27,186 nt of DNA, taken from a virus. Taxonomy: Duplodnaviria; Caudoviricetes. Position numbers and translations under genes: made by a program. Location of the stretch: IMG/VR virus record IMGVR_UViG_3300037631_002605, positions 1 through 27,186 of that record. One strand, written 5' to 3'. Shown here piece after piece: positions 1-10,003 of this stretch. The stretch's first letter is position 1. Each line of letters starts with the position of its first letter. The notes below the pieces were generated by a model that had not been told where the DNA came from, searched no databases, and saw nothing but the letters and a program-made list of their open reading frames with translations.

Positions 1-10
1 CATCCTATCA

Positions 11-3000
11 TTACTCATGTGTCATGTCATGGATCAATTTGAAGTTCACATCCAAACCCAAAATATGAAGGTAAGGAAGATTTCTGTTCAAAGCTCTAGC
101 ATGTGCTGTGCTGTCATTGTTCATATAATCACGCGCAGCCTTTGCTAAATCACGCACCTGTGTAGGTGCAGGGCCGAACAATGGATCAAATCGCTCTCCT
201 GTTGTAGGGCGATATTTACCGCGAATAGGTAGGCTATCAGGATCTACACCAGCAGCCGTAGCCGTATGAATACCTTCAAACAACAAATCACCATAAATGC
301 CGGTCATGCCAGCCCGGTCAACAGCGCGAACAGCTATATCCATTGTGCTTTTGTTTTCAAACCACCAGTCTGGTTTTTGTATATAAAGCAAAGCCAAGCC
401 TGTAGCAAAAGAAGCAGCCATGTGTTGCATTGTGCGTTCATGCACCGGATCAAATGCCCGACCAACAACAGAGTTGGTTGCGCCAAATGTATAGTTCATA
501 AATTGCACTGGAAACTTAAACAAACCAGTTTGAACTTTTGCATATTGAATACCATCCAAAGAGGCTTTGGGGTCGGGCTTCATTCCGAACACTTTCATAA
601 TTGGGTGATAAGGAATAAAGGCAAGGCCATCAATAATCCGAGGTTTATCAAAGTTTTTAGCCATAATTACTTGAGCATCTGTGGCAATATCAATCGCCTC
701 AGAAAACGCAGCTAACGCATCACGCCCAGATTTGGTGCTAATATCCCACTGTCTGCTATTTGCAAAAAATACACGCCCACTATCACTTTTTTGCAATACG
801 GTTTCACCGCTCGGTAGCCTCCTACTAAGCTGCTTGTAAATGTTATCTGCAACTTTAGGATTTAATCCCAATGTTCCAAGCTGTTGCTTTTCTTTGACAC
901 TAACCTTTTTGCCTTCCCCTATTTTTACAATCAACTTTGTAATATCAGAGGTGTTATAAGCAGCCGCAAGGTGACGAGTTGCAGAAGTAATTGGCAATAG
1001 ATCGTTACCGATAATTGGAGTTTGAAACCAAATCTTGTCTGGGTAATGCGTAATTCTATCAGCAAGGCTTGGCTGCACACCAGTCTTTGCATCAGCCATT
1101 AACTGCTCACGAATAAGATTGGGATTCATAGAAAGCACTTCTGCAAACTCATCTACATCTGCAATTACTTTTTGCAAATCCTTAAAATCCGTCACCAAAT
1201 CGGAAACCATTCCCTTAAATGGTCGGGCAGCTACAGTGTTTGCCAAGTCACCAAAGGCAGTAATTCCTGATGCAGGAAGGCGCGTATATGCAGACACGCT
1301 AGAAAGCACACGGGCAACCTGATTATCCCAACGATGAGGTGAGCCGGCGCCACCACCAGTTACACGAAGATAGTCGCCATAAAGAGCCTGTTTGGCTTTG
1401 GCAATCTTCTTGGGACTTAAACCTTCGCGCTTACCAATTTTCTCAATATCACCGAGAACATCATCCAAAGTTTTCTTGCCGAAGTTTCTTGCCCAAGCAA
1501 TGTTAAATCCTTGTGACTCCGCATACTTGCCAAAAACAGAAAGGTCTTTAACCAAAAACTTTTTAATCTTGTTGTCAGGCATATTCAAAGAACGCGCCTT
1601 CAAATGCTTTGTTCTTGGTGAGCCGCCAAAAAATACAGGCTCGTGTCCCTGCTCAATAATGTTTGCAATAACCGCCTCGGCATCTTCCCGTGGATTAGCA
1701 TCATGGCGTTTCAATTTACCATTACTATCTCGGCTGTATTGAATCGGATTGTTTTCAAATTCCTCTACCAATACATCAATAAACTCTTCGTAATAACGCG
1801 AGTCAGCAGTATCTCTTCCCGCCCTAACAGCACGTTCACCATTTGTTAGCCGAACAATGTCATAAAAGCGAGGGATATTATATTCTTCTACTGCACGGGC
1901 AGACTTAGCCCAGCTTTCTAATTCAGTTATGTCATCAATAATAGATTGAATTTCTAACTCTAATTCTTCAAGCTGTTCTTTAACACGCGCTTCACCTTCC
2001 GGTGTAATTTCCTTTACACGCTCTTGCTCACTCAAGATACGCTTCATATCTTGGTTGAGTTCTTGCTCTCTTTTCTTTAACCGCCCTACCTCAATTTCAT
2101 AGTTACGCTTGCCAAGAAGCATACCTTCGTCTTGAGACATCAAAAGAAAATCTTTGAAATAAGTTTGAATTTTGCGATGCAACTTTTGTTGAGTTTCAGT
2201 CAGCACAATATTTGCCCCGGCTCGAACCTCAAGGTAAATATCTAGCTCGTTAGCAAACCACTCAAGCTTATCATTCTTTACAAATGGCGCATCTTCGGCA
2301 GAAAAGTTAATTGGTTTAATTCTAAGGGCTTTGCGTCCCTTTGTTGCCTCAACCCACAGGTCTTCGACATCCTCTGAAAATGCACGGAACTTAGCATTAA
2401 ACTGCCCCATCTGTTGATCGACACCATTTGTGCCAAAGCCAGCCGTATTGCGTTTCAAAGCAATCTGATTATTACCAGTCATAGTTGCTATCAGTCTTTT
2501 AATCCCCTCTGGCATATCAGGATCACGCAGGACGTTAAACGCAGGACTGCCAAACATATGGTATTTGGTAAAGGCATTTTCTTTTGTTCCAAAACCTTGA
2601 GCAGTATCAGAAATAGCAAAGGCATTGATTTCGTCCTCCAACTCAATGCGCTTTCTTTCATAAAGTTGAGCAGCCTTTTTGCCTGTTATATTTTTTTGAT
2701 CCAGTTCAATTCCATAACTGGTAAGGGTATCCTCAATAGGCTCTCTTTCAGCAATAACTTTAGCTTTGTTAAAAAGAAAGTTTTTATATTGTTCTGCACT
2801 TTCAAACGCACGGCTAGGCAAACCAGAACCGCCACTTGTTTCGGGAGATGTGTATGCTTCTAACTCAAACTCTTTATTTATCCGCTCTTGGTTTATTTTG
2901 ACAACAACACTTTCCTCTACAGCAGGAATAACTTCACCTGTTTCAGTGTCAACCTTTTCTGGCTCAAACTCTCTACGGCTAACAGAAAGGCCAACGCCCT

Positions 3001-3730
3001 CGGTAACTTCTTCGATTTCAATCTCGCCTAAGTCAACACCCTTCTGCTCAAATTGCTCCAGTTGTTTTTCAACTCGATCAAACTCCGGGCCAAGCTTACT
3101 ACGCAATGCGGGAATACGCCCAAGCGCAACTTTAGCTACAGCCGGAACAGCAGCACCCAGCACACCCCCAAAAGCAGCACTTCCAACAATATTTGCAAAA
3201 GCCTCTTCCTTTGTCTCTAATTGGTCAAACGGATAACGAATAGCCTCAGTAGCAAGCCCAGCATAAAGACCTTGCTTTGCGCCAACCACACCAGCTTGTG
3301 CGATACGCCCATATCCAGTAGCAGCGCGAACAGATGCGCCGACTGCGGGAAAGGCAAAAAGAACATTTATAGGATTAAGGAACTCCGCAGCGATATTGCT
3401 AACTATACCCGATTTTTCAAGCGCATCGCGTCTTGCTTGGTTTTCTCGCAAGCTATTGGCAAGAAAGTCAAAGTGTTCTTTGTTTTTTGCGTGAGCAAGA
3501 TGGCGAGCATTTGCATCCAAAAACGGGTCTTGCAATACAGCGTCAGCAAAATCAAATGACTCATCAAGAGGAGTATCATCACCAAAACGCAAACGCTCAA
3601 CTGTTGCCATTGTAATCGGAGCAACATCACGCTCTAGCGTTGCCCTCCAAGTCTTAGCAAAACTTGGCGCGTCACCACTACCTTTTACAAAAAGACGTTG
3701 CCCGTATTCGATTGGTTGGGTTTTAATCAT
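11..3730 (-). CDS. Large internal virion (ejectosome) protein, T7 gp16-like position, 1239 aa
   Basis: Long ORF, last of three tightly packed genes after the tail tubular proteins. Gly/Ala-rich hydrophobic segments near the N-terminus and a mostly helical, charged body. Assigned by synteny and size. Confidence 0.7.
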   Translation of the reverse strand: MIKTQPIEYGQRLFVKGSGDAPSFAKTWRATLERDVAPITMATVERLRFGDDTPLDESFDFADAVLQDPFLDANARHLAHAKNKEHFDFLANSLRENQARRDALEKSGIVSNIAAEFLNPINVLFAFPAVGASVRAATGYGRIAQAGVVGAKQGLYAGLATEAIRYPFDQLETKEEAFANIVGSAAFGGVLGAAVPAVAKVALGRIPALRSKLGPEFDRVEKQLEQFEQKGVDLGEIEIEEVTEGVGLSVSRREFEPEKVDTETGEVIPAVEESVVVKINQERINKEFELEAYTSPETSGGSGLPSRAFESAEQYKNFLFNKAKVIAEREPIEDTLTSYGIELDQKNITGKKAAQLYERKRIELEDEINAFAISDTAQGFGTKENAFTKYHMFGSPAFNVLRDPDMPEGIKRLIATMTGNNQIALKRNTAGFGTNGVDQQMGQFNAKFRAFSEDVEDLWVEATKGRKALRIKPINFSAEDAPFVKNDKLEWFANELDIYLEVRAGANIVLTETQQKLHRKIQTYFKDFLLMSQDEGMLLGKRNYEIEVGRLKKREQELNQDMKRILSEQERVKEITPEGEARVKEQLEELELEIQSIIDDITELESWAKSARAVEEYNIPRFYDIVRLTNGERAVRAGRDTADSRYYEEFIDVLVEEFENNPIQYSRDSNGKLKRHDANPREDAEAVIANIIEQGHEPVFFGGSPRTKHLKARSLNMPDNKIKKFLVKDLSVFGKYAESQGFNIAWARNFGKKTLDDVLGDIEKIGKREGLSPKKIAKAKQALYGDYLRVTGGGAGSPHRWDNQVARVLSSVSAYTRLPASGITAFGDLANTVAARPFKGMVSDLVTDFKDLQKVIADVDEFAEVLSMNPNLIREQLMADAKTGVQPSLADRITHYPDKIWFQTPIIGNDLLPITSATRHLAAAYNTSDITKLIVKIGEGKKVSVKEKQQLGTLGLNPKVADNIYKQLSRRLPSGETVLQKSDSGRVFFANSRQWDISTKSGRDALAAFSEAIDIATDAQVIMAKNFDKPRIIDGLAFIPYHPIMKVFGMKPDPKASLDGIQYAKVQTGLFKFPVQFMNYTFGATNSVVGRAFDPVHERTMQHMAASFATGLALLYIQKPDWWFENKSTMDIAVRAVDRAGMTGIYGDLLFEGIHTATAAGVDPDSLPIRGKYRPTTGERFDPLFGPAPTQVRDLAKAARDYMNNDSTAHARALNRNLPYLHILGLDVNFKLIHDMTHE

Positions 3731-5677
3731 TTAATCAACTATCCGCATTGGAGATGATAAAGAAGAATCGTTTATTTTACTTAATGCAGTATTTCGCATA
3801 AATTGCAGTTCGGTAGCCCGCAATTTTTTTTGAGCTTCATAAGACTTCTTAAAGTTTTTTGAATAAAAAACTGCCGGGCGACCATTGCTATCTAAAACAA
3901 AACTTTTTGCGCCACGATTGTCTAGTTCATAAACCATCCAACTAGCACCAATAGAACTGCTTTGAATCGGCTCTAAAAATCGGTTTGCATCTGTTTGTTT
4001 ACCAATGTTAGAAAAGGCGGCTCGAAATACATCTAGTTCCTCACCATTAAAATAAGTTTCTGGCGGGTTAATGTATTTTGAATAAGAATTATTTTCGCTG
4101 TAAGCTTCATAAAACTCAGAAGGCCTATAGGCGCGAGCAGCAAAATCCTCTACAGCAGACTCAATATTGCCAGGCGTTTCAAAGGTAAGCATATATCCGA
4201 CTTGAGTAACTGCTTCCTCTCTAGCAGCATAAGGCAAGTCAGCAAGTTTATCTTCAACATAAGCTTGAGCAATGTCTCTTAAGCTTGCGTCATCCCTTCC
4301 TTCAAATCCAGAGTTTCGCCTAGCAATCTCAAGATTTTCTATAGAGTTACGTTCAAAGCGTTGTTGATAGGCGCGAATAAGCTCTTCATCACCCATTCTT
4401 CCCATTGCTTTTGTAAGGGATAAAAGGGATTCCATATCTTTACCAAGATCACCACCAAAATATTCGCGCAACCCACGACCTTTTGCTGATTGCGCCGCAT
4501 CCGTTTGAGCCAATCTTTTGGAAAATTCAACAATATCTGCTGGATTACTTAAGCCATTCTTTGCAGACAAAGCTAACGTATAGTAAGAAGCCGAGGGAAC
4601 TCCCGCATTATTTTCAATGTCTAACTGCTGCTGACTTGGGGCAAGAGCCTCAAAGGGCGTGGAATACTGCAATAATGAATCCATACCGTTGCGCGACTCA
4701 GCATTATTAACTACACCGCCGGATTCTAAGCCAAACAGTAAAGACTCAACAGAGCGAGATTGTGATTGAAGCGACTTGCGATCTTGGGCAATTCCACTTA
4801 TCCGAGTGTTAAACTCACTAAGTCGAGTAGCATCAAACCTTTCAATAAAGTTAATTGTTTCCTTAAACTGACCAGATTCTTTTAACGCATCCCATTGCTG
4901 TCTATCTTGAAGTGCTATCAAAGACCCGGCAGATAAATTTTGTGCCTCTTCATTAAAAATACTTAAAGCATTTTCATCCTTTGCATTGTCAAGCATTGCA
5001 GCAACTTGAGTTGCGCTAAATCCATAGTCACGAATAGCAGAATCGTTAATATCCTCAACCAAAGCATCATACGCAAACTTACGATCTGCCCCTTCTAGCC
5101 CAGCCAAATCACCCATACGCATATCTACAATAGATATAAAGCTAGCTTTTGATTGCTCTTCTTTTATTGCAAGGTTTTTTGTTTGAATATCGTTTACATG
5201 AAGCTTGCCGACATTATAAAGGTCAGGAGCAACAAGCGCAGCTATATCACCACCGCCTTGAGAGGCAATATCGGTTAGGCTTTGCTTTACATAATCATTA
5301 AAAAGTTCCTCATATCTAACAGGATCTTTTTCTTCTAAGCGCAACTGTTTTGCAAATGCGCGAGTATCATTCTGAAAAGCATCCATATATCTTTTTTGAT
5401 AAATACGGCTTGCCTCTTCACGACCATAAGACCCCAAGTGTTGTGGAACTTTTTGATAGCCACGCAGACCATTTTCATCCTCAACCAAAACCTCACTTGC
5501 CCATTCTCGCCCTTTAGAAACTTGAACTTTTTTAGCAAAGTCAAAGGCAATGTCACCCACTCGTCGGGCTGTTTCGGCTCTGGCTGCATAAGCTTTATCT
5601 GCGCCGGTAGTTACATTAACAACACCAATCGGCTTGTTAAGAAATGATTGTCCTGCTGGAGATCTTTTAATAGCCAT
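3731..5677 (-). CDS. Internal virion protein, T7 gp15-like position, 648 aa
   Basis: Long ORF abutting both neighbours (TAATG overlap at 5677). Helical-looking composition; podovirus synteny. Confidence 0.65.
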   Translation of the reverse strand: MAIKRSPAGQSFLNKPIGVVNVTTGADKAYAARAETARRVGDIAFDFAKKVQVSKGREWASEVLVEDENGLRGYQKVPQHLGSYGREEASRIYQKRYMDAFQNDTRAFAKQLRLEEKDPVRYEELFNDYVKQSLTDIASQGGGDIAALVAPDLYNVGKLHVNDIQTKNLAIKEEQSKASFISIVDMRMGDLAGLEGADRKFAYDALVEDINDSAIRDYGFSATQVAAMLDNAKDENALSIFNEEAQNLSAGSLIALQDRQQWDALKESGQFKETINFIERFDATRLSEFNTRISGIAQDRKSLQSQSRSVESLLFGLESGGVVNNAESRNGMDSLLQYSTPFEALAPSQQQLDIENNAGVPSASYYTLALSAKNGLSNPADIVEFSKRLAQTDAAQSAKGRGLREYFGGDLGKDMESLLSLTKAMGRMGDEELIRAYQQRFERNSIENLEIARRNSGFEGRDDASLRDIAQAYVEDKLADLPYAAREEAVTQVGYMLTFETPGNIESAVEDFAARAYRPSEFYEAYSENNSYSKYINPPETYFNGEELDVFRAAFSNIGKQTDANRFLEPIQSSSIGASWMVYELDNRGAKSFVLDSNGRPAVFYSKNFKKSYEAQKKLRATELQFMRNTALSKINDSSLSSPMRIVD

Positions 5678-6114
5678 TATGATAAACTCGCTAGCTTAAA
5701 TGCGGTGTCAAATAAACTTTGACGCGCTTCTTGACGATAAACATCAGACGTAACTTTACCGCGAGCGAGGGTCGCCTGTGCCTGTTTTTCAAGACTTTCT
5801 TTTTCGCGTTTTTCTTGCGCGCGAAGACGATCAACATCTCGACCATATCTGCGTTCTTCTTCCCTCCGCAGCGCAGCAATGCTGCGGTCAGTTCGTCCAG
5901 AATATGCAGCCATAGCTTGATTGTAATCAGCCAATTCCCTGAAAGCCTCAGAACGCTGCTCGTGTTGTTGAGTGGCGAGTTCTGATACCGCAAACCTTTG
6001 TCTCCTGATTTCAGCAGCCTGACGTTCTGCCTCACGCCTTGCAGCGCGCGCAGCTTTGCGCTTGCCACGACTGCCCATGATTCCAGAGCCTACTGCTAGT
6101 GCCGCTTGCCACAT
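5677..6114 (-). CDS. Small internal virion / DNA pilot protein (T7 gp14-like), 145 aa
   Basis: Hydrophobic Gly/Ala N-terminus (MWQAALAVGSGIMG) followed by an Ala/Arg/Gln-rich coiled coil; directly follows tail tubular protein B. Confidence 0.65.
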   Translation of the reverse strand: MWQAALAVGSGIMGSRGKRKAARAARREAERQAAEIRRQRFAVSELATQQHEQRSEAFRELADYNQAMAAYSGRTDRSIAALRREEERRYGRDVDRLRAQEKREKESLEKQAQATLARGKVTSDVYRQEARQSLFDTAFKLASLS

Positions 6115-8336
6115 TAGAAAGTCACCTCAATAACCATACCGTTTAGTTGTAAATCAAAAGGAACAGACTGACTAACTGTAACAGACGGGTCTTTTGAAAT
6201 ACCAATTAACCTAAACTCTTTTCTACCAGTAAACTTAGACCTATCCAAAGAGAAATCATCGTTTACATTCCTGATAATCATATCCTTACTATTGACCGAT
6301 GCAGACAAAGTATCCTGCAAATCAAGAGTAACCATATCAATCTTGCGCGGCGCAGCAGTCATCGGGCCGCCACCCATCAACGCATCAATAGGCATTGTCT
6401 GTAGGATGGGGGTAAATTGATAGCCGATGTAAGCTGTCGTAATTTCTTTAACGCTAGATACATCAACCTCCCCAGAGGCCACAGTAAACTCGCCAATGTA
6501 ATCTGTGCCGCTAACTACGCGAACCACAGCACCATCAGAGAACTGGCTGCTAACATCAAACACACCAGCAGTGCCAGTGAACTCATCGCAGTAATCCATC
6601 GGCATCTCTTCGTTAAACTTCTCAAGGTAGTAACGATTAGTGTCATCGCCCTGATCGCGAACAGCAATGCAATACACATTGCGGTCAACAGCGCAAACAC
6701 TGTGGAACTTGCCTGATGTATCCCACAGCATCCACCCAGCGCGTTGATCGCCGCGAGAGGAGTAGAAGACAGACATAGTGCCATCATTGTTAATCAAGAA
6801 GCAGTATGACTCAGCCCGGTCAAAGCCGCCCTTAATACTTGCAGACTGGATGGGAGAACGCATCAGATGGGTAGCAGTCACAGACACATTCTCTGTGTTG
6901 TAGGCTTGTTCTACCTCACTATACACATAAGACCCCAGCATCTTGCCAGAGGCTTGCGTATAGAGGGTTGCACCATCAAAGGGCTGTGGTCGCATATAAG
7001 ACGAGCCGTAAGGTGTCTGACGCTTGATTATGGCGTTTGCAGGGGTAACAGGTCTATCAGTGAAAGCAGGAATGAATGACTCAGCAGAAGCAGAGAATAT
7101 CTGTAAGTCACGATTAACCACAAGATGACGGATATGAGAGAACTCACCAAAGTTAGAGTTAAGATCAATGGCATCACTGTCCGCTCCCGTGCCTATGTCG
7201 AAGTTGAAGAAGTTGGCAGACTTGGAAGCCCAAACATGACCGGGCTGTGCTGTTGTGCCAGCAAACCACAAACGACCTTCGTGGAATGTTACGGCAGCAG
7301 GGTAGCCGCGAACAGCAGAGTAAGATTGCTCATACCACTCCGGGGTAGCAGCATCGCTTGAGATTTCAACAGAACCGCCACCAATAGCAGAAGAGGAGGC
7401 ATTAGACCCAGCAGTATATTCAAACGTATTAAGGTCAATAACCTTGCTTACGGTCTTTGTTCCCTCCATGTGAGAGGCGTTAAGACCTCCCAAAGCCCCC
7501 ACGCGGTCAATAACAAAGCTGTCACCAACAGCCATGCCATGAAGAGGCATAGTAACTTGAACAGCACTAGTGCCAGCAAACACTTCAACAGAATCTGGCG
7601 CAAGGCGACGAAGTATTGTGCCAGTAATATCGACAGTAACTTCAGTTGCGCTAACATAGGTTTTAATTTCACAAGGCGTATTACCAATTAACAAATACGA
7701 TCCTACATGACCTGATACAAAATAGTTGCTGCTTGCAACGACAGTAACGCCAGTGCCGGATGTAGCCGCAGGGTCTAGTGTAACACCACCCTTTTGGAAT
7801 TTGTAGTAGGGGTGTGTTGGAGAATCATCATTACCATTATCCTCAAACTCAAACACCTCAGAGACAAAGGTCTTCAACCCAGTCCGGCGGATGATGCGAG
7901 GGGGGAATGTTTCATGGCAAATAATTGTTACATCGCCAGAGGAGGCCATTGTAATTTCTTTTAGCTTTGCCGTTGTCCACGGGCAACTGCTAGAGCCAGA
8001 CAAGCTGACAGGTGTGGTGTCAACCTCACCAGTAGTCGGGTTGATAAAGAAAATATCGAGGGCGTTGTTTTTGAAACAAAAGATATACCGCTCGTCATCC
8101 GAAAAGATAAACGGCTCAATGCGAATCTCTAACTCATTTGCAGGAGTTACAGTATCGCTAAACTTATAAATAAACTCACCACCAGCGCGTTTCTTTACAC
8201 CACCCTCATTAATGATAATAAAGTTACGCACCTTTTGCGCGCCAGCCTGATACACAGCAGCGTCCACACGAGATGTAAAAGATGGGCTAAGTTCGCCAAA
8301 CTGAAAGCTGTGAAGCGGAATCTTAATCTTCGCCAT
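6114..8336 (-). CDS. Tail tubular protein B (nozzle; T7 gp12 / P22 gp10-like), 740 aa
   Basis: N-terminal SFQFGELSP...NFII..GGVKKRAG, central GYPAAVTFHEGRLWFAG and C-terminal beta-rich end are characteristic of this family. Confidence 0.88.
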   Translation of the reverse strand: MAKIKIPLHSFQFGELSPSFTSRVDAAVYQAGAQKVRNFIIINEGGVKKRAGGEFIYKFSDTVTPANELEIRIEPFIFSDDERYIFCFKNNALDIFFINPTTGEVDTTPVSLSGSSSCPWTTAKLKEITMASSGDVTIICHETFPPRIIRRTGLKTFVSEVFEFEDNGNDDSPTHPYYKFQKGGVTLDPAATSGTGVTVVASSNYFVSGHVGSYLLIGNTPCEIKTYVSATEVTVDITGTILRRLAPDSVEVFAGTSAVQVTMPLHGMAVGDSFVIDRVGALGGLNASHMEGTKTVSKVIDLNTFEYTAGSNASSSAIGGGSVEISSDAATPEWYEQSYSAVRGYPAAVTFHEGRLWFAGTTAQPGHVWASKSANFFNFDIGTGADSDAIDLNSNFGEFSHIRHLVVNRDLQIFSASAESFIPAFTDRPVTPANAIIKRQTPYGSSYMRPQPFDGATLYTQASGKMLGSYVYSEVEQAYNTENVSVTATHLMRSPIQSASIKGGFDRAESYCFLINNDGTMSVFYSSRGDQRAGWMLWDTSGKFHSVCAVDRNVYCIAVRDQGDDTNRYYLEKFNEEMPMDYCDEFTGTAGVFDVSSQFSDGAVVRVVSGTDYIGEFTVASGEVDVSSVKEITTAYIGYQFTPILQTMPIDALMGGGPMTAAPRKIDMVTLDLQDTLSASVNSKDMIIRNVNDDFSLDRSKFTGRKEFRLIGISKDPSVTVSQSVPFDLQLNGMVIEVTF

Positions 8337-8923
8337 TATGACAGCCTTTCAGTGATAAACCTCGAAGTCGTAAGTTTGCGTGTCGTGTTCTGCTGGCTAT
8401 CAAGGTTACGGGCTTTCGCCATAAGGTTGTTTGCCTTGATTTCCATAATCTGTGTCAGACCCTCGTTCCGAGCAATAGAACTTGCAAAGATGGCAGCAAG
8501 GGAATACTCGACAGCAAGTGTAAAGTAGGAAGGCCAATCAGACTCATCTGCACGATAGATGTAATCAGCAATAACCTCATCTTGGTCTGAGGTATTGGTA
8601 AATACCTTGTCGCCGTAGATTGTATGGTTCGTATTGTTATCATTTACAGTAACGGCATTAAGCATCAAAAGGTTAGATGGAAGCTGATAGGCCGCATCAA
8701 AGCGTCCAGTTGGCTCATCTGATAAACGACTAAGCTGCGCTTGCTCAGTAGCAAAACGCCAGCGTGTATTGCAGAGACTAGCTTGCGCTACGTCTTCATA
8801 CATATTAACAGCGACCAGTGCCTCTGTTGTATTGTCTTCAAACGAAGTAATAGGCTCTGCCCCAATAAGGATCAAAGCCCGTGAACAAATGTCGATAGCA
8901 CTGTTAGCTACTGTGGATGTCAT
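8336..8923 (-). CDS. Tail tubular protein A (adaptor; T7 gp11-like), 195 aa
   Basis: IDICSRALILIGAEPITSF...WRFAT...YQLPS motif pattern; lies immediately after the capsid gene; GAGG RBS upstream. Confidence 0.88.
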   Translation of the reverse strand: MTSTVANSAIDICSRALILIGAEPITSFEDNTTEALVAVNMYEDVAQASLCNTRWRFATEQAQLSRLSDEPTGRFDAAYQLPSNLLMLNAVTVNDNNTNHTIYGDKVFTNTSDQDEVIADYIYRADESDWPSYFTLAVEYSLAAIFASSIARNEGLTQIMEIKANNLMAKARNLDSQQNTTRKLTTSRFITERLS

Positions 8924-8935
8924 ACTTACCTCGTC

Positions 8936-8971
8936 AAGAAAGGGGGGAGCAGCAGTCTCCTACCGCTCCCC
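8936..8971 (-). terminator. Rho-independent terminator after the major capsid gene
   Basis: Minus strand GGGGAGCGGTAG-GAGA-CTGCTGCTCCCC (12-bp stem with two G-U pairs, GNRA loop) followed by CCTTTCTT. The short U tract suggests partial read-through into the tail genes. Confidence 0.75.
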
Positions 8972-8979
8972 TACCAGAC

Positions 8980-9792
8980 TTAGTTGTTGTCCAGAACCTC
9001 GTAGATGCCATTGTCGTCGATACCGACAGCACCCATGCTCATGTGAGCAGTGACCAAGTGAGCCACTTTCTGCGGCACATAGTTCACTTCGGTTTGAACA
9101 TCAGAACCAACACCCAGACCAATAGCAGAGCTGTGGTAGGCAAAGTTCTTACCGCCAGCAACAGCAGACGTTGAGAAGATCTTGAAGCCCAAGAACTCTT
9201 TCATTGTCATGCCGCCAGCAAACGGGAGGTTTTGGTCGCCAACAAAATCGCTAGATGCGAACTCGTTGATGCTGAACAGGTCAGCGTAACCAGCAGGAGA
9301 CATTGCAAGATAACGGTTGCCATCTTCCGGAATGTCAGCAGAACCCATTGTTTCAAACAGGGTCAGCAAGTCGCCTTTAACCAGCGCGCCACCAGTGTCA
9401 GCAATCTGAGTGCTGTTTGCGCCAGCGTCGAGAGCAGCAACAATCAGCTCGTCAGTCTTACGACCCAGAGCATAAGCAGCCGACTGAGCAACAGCTTGAC
9501 GTTCGTCAATGTTGGTTTTCAGTTCGTCCAGCTTGTCGATATACTCAGGTGCATAGTGATCGGTCAGCGTTGCTGATACGTTGGTGTGTGCGACTTCCAT
9601 GCCAGTAACGTCGCCGTTACGAGACTTGGTATTAGCAGCACCTTTACCAATTTTTTGAAATTTAACAGTAGAACCCGTTACGCCATTAACCTGACGGACA
9701 GTGTTACGGAGTTTAGACCCCATACGCTGATACGCCAAATGAACATCAGATTCAAACTGCGTGATGAAGGCTTGATCAATAGTATTAGCCAT
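8980..9792 (-). CDS. Major capsid protein, about 270 aa
   Basis: MANTIDQAFITQFESDVHLAYQRMGSKLRNTVR...AAYALGRKTDELI...MSMGAVGID is a podovirus capsid pattern. GGAG lies 7 nt before the ATG at 9792, which favours it over the ATG at 9798. Confidence 0.92.
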   Translation of the reverse strand: MANTIDQAFITQFESDVHLAYQRMGSKLRNTVRQVNGVTGSTVKFQKIGKGAANTKSRNGDVTGMEVAHTNVSATLTDHYAPEYIDKLDELKTNIDERQAVAQSAAYALGRKTDELIVAALDAGANSTQIADTGGALVKGDLLTLFETMGSADIPEDGNRYLAMSPAGYADLFSINEFASSDFVGDQNLPFAGGMTMKEFLGFKIFSTSAVAGGKNFAYHSSAIGLGVGSDVQTEVNYVPQKVAHLVTAHMSMGAVGIDDNGIYEVLDNN

Positions 9793-9909
9793 TTTCATTC
9801 TCCAGTTGTGAAGTTTCAGTTACAATGTCAGGAATGGTTGTCCGTGCGATGCCTCATCTAGTTATCCGTTTCCGGGCTATCCGCAGCGTATCGGGCCTCT
9901 AACAAGAGA

Positions 9910-9938
9910 ATAATGCCTTAACTGATATATTTTAGCAA
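9910..9938 (-). promoter_or_regulatory. Sigma70-type promoter for the capsid gene
   Basis: Minus strand TTGCTA (9938-9933), 17-nt spacer, CATTAT (9915-9910); sits right after the scaffold terminator. Confidence 0.55.
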
Positions 9939-9941
9939 CAC

Positions 9942-9982
9942 AAAAAGAACACCGCCCCCCAATGGAAAAGAGGGCGGTGTTC
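9942..9982 (-). terminator. Rho-independent terminator after the scaffold gene
   Basis: Perfect 11-bp inverted repeat GAACACCGCCC (9947-9957) / GGGCGGTGTTC (9972-9982), followed on the minus strand by TTTTT. Confidence 0.8.
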
Positions 9983-10003
9983 AGGAGGGGTCTCGTTTAT
10001 TAC

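Noticed and set aside
8980-9010. T7 gene 10-style capsid frameshift extension
   Set aside because: No slippery heptamer is seen near the capsid stop, and a terminator hairpin follows immediately.
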